From NCBI GenBank assembly GCA_965208105.1, contig OZ242318.1, forward strand, positions 2,976,001 to 3,040,000: DNA of 64,000 nucleotides, in the 5' to 3' direction. A program made the translations under genes and the position numbers. The stretch's first letter is position 1, and the number at the start of each line of letters is the position of its first letter. Shown in pieces: positions 22,574-31,737 of the stretch. The notes beneath the pieces were generated by a model that searched no databases, had not been told where the DNA came from, and saw nothing but the letters and a program-made list of their open reading frames with translations. This DNA is from Candidatus Latescibacterota bacterium. Lineage in GTDB: Bacteria > Latescibacterota > UBA2968 > UBA8231.

Positions 22574-23443
22574 ATGAGCATTCTCGTCGATTCAAATACA
22601 AAGGTCGTCGTGCAGGGAATTACAGGCAGGGAGGGCACTTTTCATTCCCGGCAGATGATCGAGTACGGGACGAAAGTAGTCGGGGGCGTAACACCGGGCA
22701 AAGGCGGCCAGGCATTCGATGGGGTTCCGATATTCAATACTGTTTCAGCTGCCGTTGCTTCGACTGGAGCCGATGCCTCTGTAATTTTTGTGCCGGAGGC
22801 ATTTGCTGCCGATGCCATTATGGAGGCCGCTGATGCGGGGCTTGATCTGGTTGTATGCATTACCGAGGGAATACCTGCGGCGGATATGGTAGGAGCTTAC
22901 AGCTATGTGCGGGCTCGATCTGCCCGACTCATCGGGCCAAATTGCCCGGGTATCATTTCTCCGGGCAAATGCAAGATCGGAATAATGCCGGGATTTATTC
23001 ACAAGCCTGGTAGGGTAGGGGTGATTTCCCGAAGCGGAACTCTCACGTACGAAGTAGTGGACCAGTTGAGCGCGCGAGATATCGGGCAGTCTACCTGCAT
23101 CGGAATCGGCGGCGATCCAATTATCGGCACTCGATTCGTGGACGCCCTCAAGTTGTTTAAAGAGGATATCGACACCGAGGCGGTGGTCATTATAGGCGAG
23201 ATCGGCGGCTCGGCAGAAGAGGAAGCATCTGAATATATCAAGAGCAACTTCAACAAACCGGTCGTCGGGTTTATAGCCGGCCGCACCGCGCCTCCAGGCC
23301 GGCGCATGGGGCATGCAGGTGCCATCGTTGCCGGACATGGGGATACGGCGGCAAAAAAGATGGAGAATATGGCCGATGCGGGGATCTGTGTTTGCGAAAA
23401 TTTGGCCGGAGTCGGGGCTGCTGTGGAAATGGCATTGCGCTGA
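22574..23443 (+). CDS. sucD: Succinyl-CoA synthetase alpha subunit
   Basis: [29 protein letters not shown]. Confidence 0.97.
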   Translation: MSILVDSNTKVVVQGITGREGTFHSRQMIEYGTKVVGGVTPGKGGQAFDGVPIFNTVSAAVASTGADASVIFVPEAFAADAIMEAADAGLDLVVCITEGIPAADMVGAYSYVRARSARLIGPNCPGIISPGKCKIGIMPGFIHKPGRVGVISRSGTLTYEVVDQLSARDIGQSTCIGIGGDPIIGTRFVDALKLFKEDIDTEAVVIIGEIGGSAEEEASEYIKSNFNKPVVGFIAGRTAPPGRRMGHAGAIVAGHGDTAAKKMENMADAGICVCENLAGVGAAVEMALR

Positions 23444-23509
23444 TCAGGTTGGCGATGGAAAACCCGAAGCCTGATGGAGAATGGCAAGCGGGAAATAACG
23501 CGGATTGGG

Positions 23510-24442
23510 TTATTGGCTCACCCCGATAAAGCCCCGGGTGCGGTTGTACCACCAGAGGTAGTCGAAAAAAAGATCGGGGACGTAATGATCCATGCCCCGT
23601 CGAGTGAGATAAAGCACCGGGTGGCAAACTGCGGGAGAGAGAATCGTCGAGAGAAAGAGACGGCCAGGTGAAAATCGAGGTTTTTGAAGGAAGTCAAGCC
23701 TCAGCAGTTTGGCCAGTTCTGGATGTTTCTTTAGCAATAATGGCAGAGACTTCTCTCCATAGGTGTACATCAGCTGGCAGGTCTGTTCAAAGGCCCTCAG
23801 GTGGTTGTGAAACGACAGGGCACTGGGGACAAATTGGAACGAAGCTCCCTGCAAATGAAGGCGGTACCCCAGCTCCAGGTCTTCTCCGCCGTAGGCAGTG
23901 AAATCCTCGTCGAAGAGGCCCGCCTGCAACAGTTGGCGGCGCCGCAAGGAGGCATTGCCGGTTACAAAGCACTTGAAGGGCACTGGCTGCCCTTTTTTGA
24001 TCCGGTGAACCCCGCGGTTTTCCATGTAGCGGGTCAACGCGTTGGATGGAACTCGAGTGCCGAAGCGGATATTGCCGATACAGACGGTGTTGGGTTGGAT
24101 TCGGTGCATGGCGGCGTGGGTGCTTAAAAAGTCCCTCCTTACGGTCATGTCACTATCGAGGAATACCACTACCTCGCCGGTGGCTGTTCGCAGGCCCGTA
24201 TTTCGCGCCCTGGCGCGGCCCTGATTTACCCGGTGCCGAATTATGTTTGTAGGAAAGGGAGATTTGATACGGGCAAGGCGGTCTGCTTCCAGATCAGGGG
24301 ACGCATCGTCCACTACGATAATCTCCACGGCCTCGTGGGGGTAGTCCTGATCTGCCAGACTCTTGAGCGTATCGCTCAATCTTTCAGGTTCGTCGTAAGT
24401 GGGGATGATCACGCTGAGCGAAATAGGGGGATCAGGTACCAT
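23510..24442 (-). CDS. Glycosyltransferase family 2
   Basis: SVIIPTY, VVDDAS, FLDSD, GGEDLELGYRL. Confidence 0.9.
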   Translation of the reverse strand: MVPDPPISLSVIIPTYDEPERLSDTLKSLADQDYPHEAVEIIVVDDASPDLEADRLARIKSPFPTNIIRHRVNQGRARARNTGLRTATGEVVVFLDSDMTVRRDFLSTHAAMHRIQPNTVCIGNIRFGTRVPSNALTRYMENRGVHRIKKGQPVPFKCFVTGNASLRRRQLLQAGLFDEDFTAYGGEDLELGYRLHLQGASFQFVPSALSFHNHLRAFEQTCQLMYTYGEKSLPLLLKKHPELAKLLRLDFLQKPRFSPGRLFLSTILSPAVCHPVLYLTRRGMDHYVPDLFFDYLWWYNRTRGFIGVSQ

Positions 24443-24455
24443 GAACCAACCCTTG

Positions 24456-25583
24456 TCACAGCGTTGCGTAGAGTTGAATTAGTTTTCCCGATTCTCGTTC
24501 CCAGTTGTATCTCCGCGCCGCCCGCAGAGCTGCTTCGGAATACGCCCTCAGTTTGGACTCATCTCCCAGGATGCGGCTAATGCTTCGCCTGATTGCAGCT
24601 ACATCCATGGGATCTACCACATCACCAGCTCCAGCCTTGCCGACTATGGCCTGCATTTCAGGGAAGTTGCTGGCCAGGACCGGCAGGCCGGCCATCAGAT
24701 ATTCAAAAAGTTTGTTGGGTATGGAATAGAAAAAACTTTTGCCTGTCTTCTTGATCACACACAGTCCCAGGTCAGCCGAGCAGGTATAGGAATGCAGTTC
24801 CTGAAAGGGGACTCTGGGGATGAAGTATACCCTGTCTTGGAGCCCTGCCTGGACGACCTGCTTTTTCAGTGCGGCCTCGCAGGGACCGCCGCCGATCAGC
24901 ACGAACGTCACTCCAGTGAGCCCTGCCGCTGCATCTATCTGCTCCCTCAAGCCGTTTTCTGTCAGGAACCCTCCCTGGTACAGTACGATTGGTGTTTCCG
25001 GGGGCAAGTTCAGTTCCGATCGGATTCGATCGCTTTTTTCCGGAGGTCTATAAGGAGGAAAATTCCGCAGTACGGTAACGCAGTCGAGATTATATCGTTC
25101 TTGAAGGGAATGGGCAATGGAGGGGCTGACTGTGATGGTGTGATCGACCTTCCTGATCAGAATTCTCTCCATACAAGCCCAAAAAGCTCGAATGCCGGGC
25201 CGGTGTACCAGTGAGGATTGCTCAGTCCATAATTCGTGTGAGTCGTAGATCAATGGCGCATCGAAATGTTTCGCCGCGCGCGCGGCCGGCCATAGCGTAT
25301 CCAGGTCATGGGCATGGTAGGCATCGGCCCCAAGGGTGGCGAGGAGTTGGTTTGCGCGTCGCCAGAAATCGGGGTAGGAGAATTTCAGGGAGGTTGAGAG
25401 ATTCACCGGGATCGAGTGAATTTCGAAATTTTCCCACCCCCGCAGCGGTGCCTGGTCGAAGGCTGCGGCGACAATTGAAATACGGTGACCGGCGGCATTC
25501 AATGCCGTCGCTTCTCGAAAAATTCTGAAGTCGAAGTGCAAGTTGCTGAACGCTATCATGCATATGTGCATAGATTTATACAA
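24456..25583 (-). CDS. Glycosyltransferase family 4
   Basis: YHAHDL, IYDSHE, PNKLFEYLMAGLPV. Confidence 0.9.
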   Translation of the reverse strand: MYKSMHICMIAFSNLHFDFRIFREATALNAAGHRISIVAAAFDQAPLRGWENFEIHSIPVNLSTSLKFSYPDFWRRANQLLATLGADAYHAHDLDTLWPAARAAKHFDAPLIYDSHELWTEQSSLVHRPGIRAFWACMERILIRKVDHTITVSPSIAHSLQERYNLDCVTVLRNFPPYRPPEKSDRIRSELNLPPETPIVLYQGGFLTENGLREQIDAAAGLTGVTFVLIGGGPCEAALKKQVVQAGLQDRVYFIPRVPFQELHSYTCSADLGLCVIKKTGKSFFYSIPNKLFEYLMAGLPVLASNFPEMQAIVGKAGAGDVVDPMDVAAIRRSISRILGDESKLRAYSEAALRAARRYNWERESGKLIQLYATL

Positions 25584-25803
25584 TGAAGGGGAATGGAGAG
25601 GAGAAGCTTTAAAATAGTGACGGGTTGTGGTTCAGACTTGGGGAAGTAGCTGCCGAGCCAGGTCGAATTTCCCCTGGTGAAGGGAGGGAGGCTGGCTTAA
25701 GGCCGGCGGAGCGAGACCCCGAATTTACATTGAGTCCTGGTTGGCAGCTCCTGGAGCTGCCACTGCTCCTCCAAATGCTGGGAAATAATTTCCGCATCTT
25801 AAA

Positions 25804-25843
25804 CTGAAAAGCAGCCCGTCTTTGGCGACGGGCTGCTTTTCAG
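25804..25843. terminator. Bidirectional intrinsic terminator
   Basis: CTGAAAAGCAGCCCGTC-tttggc-GACGGGCTGCTTTTCAG, a perfect 17-bp inverted repeat with A/T tracts. Confidence 0.8.
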
Positions 25844-25847
25844 GGTA

Positions 25848-26012
25848 GAGTGTGGCGATCATCTATGGCGTGATCTCAAAGACCGCAAGCAAGATTCTCA
25901 AACGAGACGGTGTGGGAAGGATTGCTTTGAAAACCTTAGAGCCCGAAAAGGGGAATTCGGATTCTGCGGTGTATTGAAAACAATCTATCACCCCCAGCGA
26001 ACCGCCACACTC
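25848..26012 (-). ncRNA. Candidate structured ncRNA (~165 nt, rod-like; possibly 6S-like)
   Basis: Ends pair (GAGTGTGGCGGT/ATCGCCACACTC). Inner helices TGGGGGTGAT/ATCACGCCA and ACCGCAG/TTGCGGT; G-U pairs favour the - strand. CATAAT sits 7 nt upstream and the terminator directly downstream. Confidence 0.5.
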
Positions 26013-26096
26013 AAGGCCATTATGTGCAAATCCGCATACTCTCCAGTGGGTGTAGTGAAGTATCTCCAGCCCATAGTAATCTATTCACGCGTGGAT

Positions 26097-26125
26097 AATT
26101 TACACACCAGGTCGTGTATTGTCAA
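26097..26125 (-). promoter_or_regulatory. sigma70 promoter with a palindromic operator in its spacer
   Basis: Minus strand TTGACA-N17-TAAATT; TACAC-N8-GTGTA at 26101-26118. Confidence 0.6.
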
Positions 26126-26260
26126 GTGGAATAGCTAGGTCCGGGCAAGGTTGAATGCCGGAAGAAATACACAAGCCAGTGTCCGAAGCGATTACACTTG
26201 CGCCTGGCTGTTTTTGGGCTAAATTACACATCCCATATGGGCAGAGCAGGCGGAAAAATA

Positions 26261-26779
26261 ATGCAATTGCAGTTTGCTGAGATGGTCAAAGAGGCAAGAA
26301 AAAAAGTGGGTTTAAGTCAGGCAAAGTTGGGGGAAAAGATCGGCGTTTGGAATACTTACGTGGGTCAGATCGAAAAGGGAGAGAAAGTACCTTCGGATGA
26401 AAAGGTGGTGAAGCTGGCAGAGGTTTTGGAGCTTAACACCGATAAAGTTCTCCTTGTGGCCTACCAGTCCAGGGCAGACTCAATCAAAGCCAAAGACCTG
26501 TTTTTCAAGATGGAAACTGCTCTCAGCGATCCAGTGCTTCAACGATTGCTCTCGACGGGAAAGCCACTTGATCCAGGTGTTTTGGAGGCCCTCGGCGATG
26601 CTGATATTTGTGAGGCATTGAGGAAAGAAGAATGGCGCCGAATGTTCGCCTTATGCTACAAAGTAGGAAAGAATCGCGATATCCCCGGCCTGGTGGCTCT
26701 GGTTTCCGCAATGAACGACCAACAATGGTCGGCGATGATGAACATTATTCAAGCCATGGGACTCGAGCTGCCAGATTGA
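26261..26779 (+). CDS. XRE-family HTH transcriptional regulator with unknown C-terminal domain
   Basis: VKEARKKVGLSQAKLGEKIGVWNTYVGQIEKGEKVPS Cro/C1 HTH. Confidence 0.88.
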   Translation: MQLQFAEMVKEARKKVGLSQAKLGEKIGVWNTYVGQIEKGEKVPSDEKVVKLAEVLELNTDKVLLVAYQSRADSIKAKDLFFKMETALSDPVLQRLLSTGKPLDPGVLEALGDADICEALRKEEWRRMFALCYKVGKNRDIPGLVALVSAMNDQQWSAMMNIIQAMGLELPD

Positions 26780-26852
26780 GTGCGGTGGAAATGATTGTCC
26801 TGCGGCCGATATTCAATTAGGTCTGCCATATTCCGGCAGGGAGATATTGAGT

Positions 26853-27113
26853 GTGAATTGTAATTGTTTTGAAATGAATGTGTCCGCATATATGGATGAT
26901 GATTTAGGGCCGCAGATGGTTCAGTGCATGGAGCAACACTCGCTGCATTGCATGGCCTGCAGCGACATTCTAAAAGGTATGTGGCAGGTTCGGATGACAT
27001 TGCAAGGCCTCCGCAAGCAAAGTCCTCCTGCCAGTTTCAAACTCAGGCTGTCAAACTGTTTGCAGGAAGCGTCATTCCCACCAGGCCGGCCTCGGCCTCA
27101 TTTGCTGGCATGA
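26853..27113 (+). CDS. zf-HC2 (ZAS) anti-sigma-like protein, no TM segment
   Basis: C...SAYMDDDL......HSLHCMAC (HxxxCxxC); SD AGGGAG upstream. Confidence 0.7.
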   Translation: MNCNCFEMNVSAYMDDDLGPQMVQCMEQHSLHCMACSDILKGMWQVRMTLQGLRKQSPPASFKLRLSNCLQEASFPPGRPRPHLLA

Positions 27114-27403
27114 GGTCCGCCTTCGTCTGATCCCGGTTGGGCTCATCGAGGTTCACCTCACAGGCAGTTTCCCGGGGGCTGACTCCTTGGCCACGGGTCC
27201 AGGCAGGCGGCTGTCGACGGCCACAGGCGCTCCCCCCGGGCCCGATTCCTCCCCAACAAGTAACCGGCAGCCCCCGGCCTCGGTTAAACAACCAACGACT
27301 TGCCCGCCTCCAGGGGCCACCGTGCCTCCATACCGGCCCTCCTTCCGACAACTCCCGAACCAGGGCAGCAAATTGAGGGCAGCCATAGCTTTCACCCGGC
27401 TGT

Positions 27404-27562
27404 TCAGGATTCGGTGTTTGGGGGGTCATTTTCCAGCAATTGTTCCAATTCTTCTATTTTCTTCCGCAGGCTTTTTTCTCTGAATTGCAAGCGGAAAATA
27501 TAGGCGAATAGTACAATCCACGTCGCAGTGTAGGCAGCGAAGAGATAAGAAAGATTATCCAC
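27404..27562 (-). CDS. ccmD: Heme exporter protein D (CcmD family)
   Basis: Manual translation MDNLSYLFAAYTATWIVLFAYIFRLQFREKSLRKKIEELEQLLENDPPNTES, right after ccmC; below the ORF-track size cutoff. Confidence 0.85.
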   Translation of the reverse strand: MDNLSYLFAAYTATWIVLFAYIFRLQFREKSLRKKIEELEQLLENDPPNTES

Positions 27563-27566
27563 CCTA

Positions 27567-28268
27567 TTACCTCGGCGAAATATCTGGATGGCCGTCCAGA
27601 TTGCGTTTTATCTGAGCAAGTCTTTCTGCTGCCTTCTCAATTGCGTACCTACGCTGAACCAGGTAAAGAAAAAGCAGGGAAAAAGTCAGGTAGCCCAGAT
27701 AGCGGGCGAGCCGCATTTCAAATGAAAGGCTTACGTCCCTGGGGTGTAGCTGCTGGTCGGGAGACCAGAGGTAGACCGAGTAGTAAACCAGGGGTATGTT
27801 GACGAATGCCAATATGCCCAGGACCGCGGCAAATCGTTGCGCACGGTCGGTGGGTGCAAGTTCACGAACCATCAGGTAGGCCACGTAAACCGCAAATAGT
27901 ATCAGCATGGAGGTAAGACGTGGTTCCCATCGCCAGTAGGTACCCCAGATTGGGCGAGCCCAGATGGGACCTGTAATCAAGACGACAAGCGCGAATATCA
28001 CCCCCAACTCGGCACCACTCACGGCTAGATGGTCCCACTTGGCCTTCCTGGTCCGCAGGTACTGAATACTGCCGACAAAGACCAAAAGAAATCCCAGGAA
28101 GGCGGAAAAGGCCGCAGACACGTGGAAATAGAAGATGCGTTGGACAAGGCCCATTTCCCGCTCGGTGGGAACGTAGATGAACACGGCATAGAGGAGGCTT
28201 GCCATACAGATGAAAACCAATATGGCATGCAAGTTGGGAAGCCATGTGGATATGGAGCTCATTGCCAT
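27567..28268 (-). CDS. ccmC: Cytochrome c maturation protein CcmC
   Basis: RIFYFHV, WARPIWGTYWRWEPRLT (WWD-like), LHP. Confidence 0.92.
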   Translation of the reverse strand: MAMSSISTWLPNLHAILVFICMASLLYAVFIYVPTEREMGLVQRIFYFHVSAAFSAFLGFLLVFVGSIQYLRTRKAKWDHLAVSGAELGVIFALVVLITGPIWARPIWGTYWRWEPRLTSMLILFAVYVAYLMVRELAPTDRAQRFAAVLGILAFVNIPLVYYSVYLWSPDQQLHPRDVSLSFEMRLARYLGYLTFSLLFLYLVQRRYAIEKAAERLAQIKRNLDGHPDISPR

Positions 28269-28289
28269 TTCCCAGGATTTTAGTGCGGT

Positions 28290-28967
28290 CTATTCTTCAA
28301 GAATATACTCGAACAAAATTAGCGACAAAACGGAAAATACCACCACGTATACCCCGAGAATTTGAAGGTAGGGCAAGTACTCTTGGGGTGGACTGTTTTC
28401 AAAAATCAGGCCAGTAGCTCTTACGCAGGAAATCAGTGCCGGCAATGCTATGGGCAATAGTAGCAGTGGCAGCAGTTGTTCCCTGAGTCGCATGTTCTCT
28501 GCCATTGCCGCGAACAGGGTTCCTACCGAAGCAAGGCTGGCCGCTCCAAGGAAGAGAACACCCAATAGAGGAATCAGGTAGAGTCCGACACGGAGGTTAA
28601 ATAACAGAGCAAAGACAGGCAAACTGAGGAGTTCGACGATTAACAGGAAGAGAAGGTTGCCCAGCATTTTGCCCAAATAGATAGCACCGTAGTCTCCCGG
28701 TGACAGCAATAGCGCATCGACGCAGTTGTCTTCCCGTTCGGCAGCAAAGGTATGAATCAGGCCGAGCAAGCCCGCAAATACGAAGGACGACCACAGTACT
28801 CCTGGACCGATTTCCTTGACCGGGGTTCCGTCCGAATTGAACGAGAAGCTGAAAACCAGCAAGGTCAGGAACAAGAAAAACACCATTGGAAAGAGGCGTT
28901 CTTTGGTGCGCCATTCAGTCAATATGTCTTTCCACAAGATCCCCAGAATTTGGTTGGTGAAGTTCAC
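28290..28967 (-). CDS. ccmB: Heme exporter permease CcmB
   Basis: ILWKDILTEWR, PGVLW, ERED, LLPLLLLP; GTG start overlaps the ccmA stop. Confidence 0.92.
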   Translation of the reverse strand: MNFTNQILGILWKDILTEWRTKERLFPMVFFLFLTLLVFSFSFNSDGTPVKEIGPGVLWSSFVFAGLLGLIHTFAAEREDNCVDALLLSPGDYGAIYLGKMLGNLLFLLIVELLSLPVFALLFNLRVGLYLIPLLGVLFLGAASLASVGTLFAAMAENMRLREQLLPLLLLPIALPALISCVRATGLIFENSPPQEYLPYLQILGVYVVVFSVLSLILFEYILEE

Positions 28968-29677
28968 GGATAGTCTTCTAGGTGTTCCTGGAAGTGGGAG
29001 TGGAGATCCTCCGCTGTTTTGCCGGTCCAAGGGCCCTGCTGGCAAAGTTTTCCACGGTGGAGAATTACAAGATGATCCATCAAGTGGACCGCCGCATCTG
29101 CCCTGTGGGTTACCAGTACGCAGGTGTGACCCTGTTTTTTGAAGGTGCTGAGTTGGTTCTCAAGAACCGCCGCGGCGCCAGAGTCGAGGCCGGTGTAGGG
29201 TTCGTCCAGGAGGAGGATGGAGGGCTGGTGTATGGTTGCCCTTGCCAGAGCCAGACGCTGTTTCATGCCCCGGGAAAAGGTATTTACCTTTTGATCCTGG
29301 CGTTCCAGAAGACCCGTCTCGGAAAGAGCGGCGTCAACGCGGTGGGGACGATTTGGCAGATCATAGAGCCGGGCGAAAAAAAGAAGGTTCTCTCGGGCAC
29401 TCAGGTTATTGTAAAGAAGGAAATTATGCGCTAGCAGGCCAATATTCGCACGCGTTGCAGGCGTGCTCGCCGGATCGGCGCCATCGATGAGGACTTGCCC
29501 GGCGGTTGGTTTGCAGATGCCGGCCAGGAGGCGCAGCAATGTGCTCTTGCCGGCACCATTCGATCCCGCGAGCAAGAGGAACTTCCCCCGGCACAGCCTG
29601 AGGTCTATTCCGTTCAAGGCCATGACCGGGCCATAGTGTTTACTGACCCGCTTCAGCCTGATGGCTTCAGTTCTCAT
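28964..29677 (-). CDS. ccmA: Heme ABC exporter ATP-binding protein CcmA
   Basis: GSNGAGKSTLL, FSRGMKQR, LLLDEPYTGLD; ccm context. Confidence 0.9.
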   Translation of the reverse strand: MRTEAIRLKRVSKHYGPVMALNGIDLRLCRGKFLLLAGSNGAGKSTLLRLLAGICKPTAGQVLIDGADPASTPATRANIGLLAHNFLLYNNLSARENLLFFARLYDLPNRPHRVDAALSETGLLERQDQKVNTFSRGMKQRLALARATIHQPSILLLDEPYTGLDSGAAAVLENQLSTFKKQGHTCVLVTHRADAAVHLMDHLVILHRGKLCQQGPWTGKTAEDLHSHFQEHLEDYP

Positions 29678-30776
29678 CCCGTTCGTCCAGAAGGGCATAG
29701 ACATTCAGAGCCTGGTCAACGAGCTGGTCTCGCTGTGCCTGGTGGCGGGCTGCATCGCCGATCCCTGCTGTATCGTCGAGCTGAGCCAGTTCCTCGATGA
29801 TCCTCCTGCGCCGGTTTTGCAAGGCTGAACGGTCCAGGGAGGCAGCTGATGAAGCTGTGGCGGCCGGAAGCCGACCGAGGAAAAGGGCAAGAGTTCCTAC
29901 CAGGACGCAGGCGCCAAGGGAAGCCCATTTGAGGGCCCATCGCCAGGAGGTGAGTAAGGGAAATGGAATTAGGATGTTTTGATTTGGCTGGAGATCGCGC
30001 AATTGCAGGTGGCGGTACTGAATGTCGTGGAGGGTAGCCTCCCCCAGATCCTCAAATGGGCCTGCTGGATGGAGATTGCTTGGTTTCAAAAAAATGTTGA
30101 TAACATCTGTGGGATAGAGAACGGTGTGCAGGTATCCCTCGTCGAGCTGCTGTCGATCCAGTTGATAGGAAAAAGCGATCTGTGAGATTCCCGGTGTAAG
30201 AGGCCGGCCGTCAAAAAAGCGGTTGGTGCCGGCCTGGATGATACCTTCAGACAGGTTGAGGGCATCCGCGGGCAGCGATAATTCAGTCACGCGTCCATCT
30301 CCAACCTGGCCGTGGCCCACATATGTACGCTCTCCCCGGTTTTCTAGTTCAAGGAACTGGGCGACATTGATCACTGCTGATTCGATGTCAATGAAGAAAT
30401 TGTGGGTCAGAATGCGGATGTCGTTGTCCGAATCCGTGGTCTCGTACACCTCTATTATGATCTCCTTTTGTCCACCCACTTCGAGTGCGGAAGTAGGGTG
30501 GGGAACATCCTTGTAAAAAGCCACCAGGGCAAAGCGAAGCCCTGGAGAAATAAATGGACCTGTAAACTCGAAGCGTCCGCTATCGTCCGTTGGTCTTCGC
30601 AGAATTTCGCTCCATTGGCCATCCTGGATGGCGACGAAGGCTACTTCGGTTGCACCAGCAGGAGTTTCGGTGATCGGATTGACGACATAGCCTCGGACCG
30701 TGTCGGCGCCTGCTGCAGCTGTGCTCAAAAGGAAGCCGCAAAGGACTTCAGCGAGTTGTGGTCGACAAGCTTTCAT
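29667..30776 (-). CDS. Hypothetical exported protein with C-terminal TM and helical tail (in ccm operon)
   Basis: Signal peptide, TDDSGRFEF beta-sandwich-like start, late TM, tail LQNRRRRIIEELAQLD; overlaps both neighbours. Confidence 0.8.
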   Translation of the reverse strand: MKACRPQLAEVLCGFLLSTAAAGADTVRGYVVNPITETPAGATEVAFVAIQDGQWSEILRRPTDDSGRFEFTGPFISPGLRFALVAFYKDVPHPTSALEVGGQKEIIIEVYETTDSDNDIRILTHNFFIDIESAVINVAQFLELENRGERTYVGHGQVGDGRVTELSLPADALNLSEGIIQAGTNRFFDGRPLTPGISQIAFSYQLDRQQLDEGYLHTVLYPTDVINIFLKPSNLHPAGPFEDLGEATLHDIQYRHLQLRDLQPNQNILIPFPLLTSWRWALKWASLGACVLVGTLALFLGRLPAATASSAASLDRSALQNRRRRIIEELAQLDDTAGIGDAARHQAQRDQLVDQALNVYALLDERDEN

Positions 30777-31228
30777 GGACTGGCCTGCTGTCCAAGGCGA
30801 GTTCCACAACTAGCACAGAAACGGTCCTTCTCCCGGCTCGGGGCAGCGCAGTTGGGGCAACGTTCCGGCGGCGTTAACCGGTTCTGTCTCAGGGCCAGGA
30901 TATCAGCTTCGATCGACTCCCTCAAGGTCCTCGTGCCGGAAGAATCCCGGGCTTGATCCAATCGCCTGATAACCGAGAGGGCTTCTTTTTCAAGGTCGCG
31001 GCGCAGGTCTTCGAAGTCCCCGGTGGATAACTTTCCCAGAGCCTTGTCGAATTCAAGCTCTTTGATTGCGGCGTAAAGTTGACCTTGACGCTCAACCAGC
31101 TCTTGGACATGGACGGATGAACTGGATTGCTCAGTGGTCTGCCGGCCAGCGGCGATGAATGGATGGACTACAAATATTCCAAAGGCGAGCATCAGGCCAA
31201 TGCTGAATAAAAGAACGAGGTACTCCAT
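30773..31228 (-). CDS. Membrane protein with CcmI-N-like helices and a C-terminal zinc ribbon
   Basis: N-terminal TM, AIKELEFDKALGKLSTGDFEDLRRDL, CPNC...FCASCG. Confidence 0.8.
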   Translation of the reverse strand: MEYLVLLFSIGLMLAFGIFVVHPFIAAGRQTTEQSSSSVHVQELVERQGQLYAAIKELEFDKALGKLSTGDFEDLRRDLEKEALSVIRRLDQARDSSGTRTLRESIEADILALRQNRLTPPERCPNCAAPSREKDRFCASCGTRLGQQASP

Positions 31229-31230
31229 AA

Positions 31231-31710
31231 CTAGCTGGGGTCGAAGTTGTCCAGGTCGCGGCGCAAGCGATCCTTGTAAGCGTCGGTTCCAGCATCCGCC
31301 TGAACCGGAGGATCGGCTTTGTCCGGGGCAGAAGATCGTTGGCCGCGCCGCCATCCAAGCAGCACCGAGCGCAGGATCAGCCCACCGATGACCATGATAG
31401 CAATGGGAACGATCCATGCCAGGAGGTTGTATCCCTTCCGAGGTGGAATTGCCAATACCACCGAGCCGTAGGTGCCGACGAATTCAGCGATGATCTCCTC
31501 GGGCTTCGTGCCTGCATCCAGGGCTGTGCTGATGCCTTCGCGTTGGGAGGCGGCATAACCGCACACGCAGGTCGCCAGGGATTCGCGGTTGCAGTCGCCA
31601 CAGAGGCAGACGAGGTTCCGGGCGACCTCCTTCGTTTTTTCGGATGTCGCTGCCCCTGCAGGCACGAAAAGCAGGGCTGAAAGAATGGACAGCAAAGAAA
31701 GGCGTTGCAT
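31231..31710 (-). CDS. ccmH: CcmH-like cytochrome c biogenesis protein
   Basis: Signal peptide, CLCGDC..SLATCVC, FVGTYGSVVLAIPP..GYNLLAWIVP. Confidence 0.8.
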   Translation of the reverse strand: MQRLSLLSILSALLFVPAGAATSEKTKEVARNLVCLCGDCNRESLATCVCGYAASQREGISTALDAGTKPEEIIAEFVGTYGSVVLAIPPRKGYNLLAWIVPIAIMVIGGLILRSVLLGWRRGQRSSAPDKADPPVQADAGTDAYKDRLRRDLDNFDPS

Positions 31711-31737
31711 GGCCTTCCAACCCCTTCCCCGGGCGGA

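Noticed and set aside
25742-25762. Palindrome TGGCAGCTC-CTG-GAGCTGCCA
   Set aside because: Isolated 9-bp hairpin without a U-tract or a second copy; function unsupported.
27114-27403. Pro/Arg-rich short ORFs after the anti-sigma gene
   Set aside because: No frame gives a TM or a recognisable domain; treated as non-coding or decayed sequence.
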